DNA of 11,417 bases from Eledone cirrhosa (lineage: Eukaryota): positions 1-11,417 of the forward strand of contig CAXHJY010000124.1 in NCBI GenBank assembly GCA_964016885.1. The letters run 5' to 3'. Made by a program: the position numbers and the translations under genes. Every line of letters starts with the position of its first letter. Position 1 is the first letter of the stretch. Below are positions 10,171 through 11,417 of the stretch, one piece after another. A model generated the notes under the pieces. The model was not told the DNA's origin, ran no database searches, and was given only the letters and a program-made list of their open reading frames with translations.

Positions 10171-10270
10171 AAAAGATTAAAGAGGACCTTTCAGTTATGT
10201 GAAGAACAAGACAAATTCTTTAGAGCTGCTGTCACAATAAAATGCACCCAGTATATGGGATGATAGTTCA

Positions 10271-10395
10271 AGTGTAGGGGGTAGTCAGATGGGAGTGTAT
10301 GGGGTAGTTTGTGTGAGGAGGGAGTGTATGGGGTAGTTTGACTGAGAAGGGAGTGTAAAGAATAGTTTCTTTGAGGTGGGAGTGTAGGGTGTAGA
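10271..10395. repeat. Degenerate G-rich minisatellite with a period of about 29 bp
   Basis: GGGAGTGTATGGGGTAGTTTG is exact at 10291-10311 and 10320-10340. AGTGTA-containing degenerate copies lie on both sides. Confidence 0.75.
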
Positions 10396-10547
10396 GAGAG
10401 GTGACAGTTAATGAGCCACACAAACTGTTGTGAACATGGGACTCATTAATAATCTAATGACAACTTAATACAATGAGACTATCTAATGCTAAACAATTAT
10501 CTGTTGTTGTTTTGTATGCTGTGGTCATTATAATCACATTTGTCATT

Positions 10548-10635
10548 GTATCAACATCATCATCGAGACTATCATCCTCATTAGCAATAACATCGTTAAT
10601 CATCATCAACAACACCATCAACATCCTCATCAATA
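10548..10635. repeat. Degenerate (CAT/CAA)n low-complexity tract
   Basis: Repeated atc/aac triplets. Confidence 0.65.
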
Positions 10636-10693
10636 CAGTCACATGGCATGCTAGAAATAGCAGCCAAAACTAATCCTCCATCACAGACTTAAA

Positions 10694-10711
10694 TGATGGT
10701 AGTAGTAGTAT

Positions 10712-10752
<41 letters not shown>

Positions 10753-10799
10753 ATAGTAGTAGTAATAATAGTAATAATAATAGTAGTAGTAGTAGTAGT
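10694..10799. repeat. (AGT)n/(AAT)n microsatellite
   Basis: Direct reading. Confidence 0.97.
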
Positions 10800-10881
10800 G
10801 AGAGGTGTACTTAGATAAATACAATGACAAAAACAAAACCTCTTTGACAGCCATAAAACTTCTGACAAACATGATGAAATT

Positions 10882-10932
10882 GAGAGAGTGAGAGAGAAAG
10901 AGAGAGTGAGTGAGGGAGAAACAGAGAGAGAG
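10882..10932. repeat. Degenerate (GA)n tract; GA-rich sequence resumes after the SINE (11158-11207)
   Basis: Direct reading. Confidence 0.8.
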
Positions 10933-10946
10933 GGGGGATAAATAGT

Positions 10947-11140
10947 TGTTTCTACTTTTGACACAAGGCCAGCAATTACCCAGTACATTACTGGTACTTT
11001 ATTTTATCGACCCCGTAAGGATGAAAGGCAAAGTTAACCTCGGCGGGATTTGACCTCAGAATGGCAAGGGCAGTAACTCTATGCGTCAAAGCATGGCGTC
11101 CAACTCTCTACCGATACTGCCAATTCACCGCCCAATTCAC
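10947..11140 (-). mobile_element. tRNA-derived SINE with 17-bp target-site duplication
   Basis: The minus strand starts GGCGGTGAATTGGCAGTATCGGTAG (A-box-like) and has GGTCAAATCCC (B-box-like). It continues TTTGCCTTTCATCCTTACGGGGTCGATAAAATAAAAGTACCAG, which from memory resembles the Meta-type SINE central domain. GAGGGGGGATAAATAGT is identical at 10930-10946 and 11141-11157. Confidence 0.88.
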
Positions 11141-11417
11141 GAGGGGGGATAAATAGTGAGGGATAGATAGAGAGAGTCAGGGAGTGGGAGAGAAAAAGAG
11201 AGATTTGAGAACCGGGTGGGAAGAGAGGGAGAGCTACTTTGAGAAAAATAATTCCTCCAGAGATCACAGGTCAAAGAATATCTTGTATGGTGGCAGTGAT
11301 TGGGGTGGAGGTGGGGGGAGATATGGGAGAAGAGAGAGGAGGAGAAGAGGGAGAAGATGAAGGGGGAGCCCAGGAGAAATTGAAATTGAAATGATGTTTT
11401 TTGTTCTGGTATTGTTG

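Noticed and set aside
10191-11267. Short ORFs of 62-99 aa at the right end
   Set aside because: They derive from simple repeats and SINE sequence, including a poly-Thr from (AGT)n, and have no domain or splice evidence.

Overview
This is eukaryotic, repeat-only DNA with no host gene. The SINE and RTE motifs look like those I recall from octopus/cephalopod genomes (inference). A long (AT)n/(ATAC) microsatellite is interrupted by three retroelement insertions. The first is a 4.4-kb non-coding element (1070-5449): 13.4 nearly identical 310-bp units followed by a 233-bp inverted partial copy. Each full unit carries a type I hammerhead ribozyme motif on the minus strand, and the inverted copy carries one on the plus strand. 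This fits a non-autonomous Penelope-like 'retrozyme' whose minimal stem III predicts dimeric cleavage and about 310-nt linear or circular RNAs. The other two are 5'-truncated RTE-clade LINEs arranged head-to-head. One keeps an uninterrupted RT ORF with a PHD finger inserted inside the RT, and both have 3' UTRs that look like chains of covarying pseudoknots and end in (TGA)n tails. The right end holds a possible relic of a related retrozyme end, a 27-bp hairpin, simple repeats and a tRNA-derived SINE with a 17-bp target-site duplication. The long Tyr/Ile ORFs are microsatellite artefacts.
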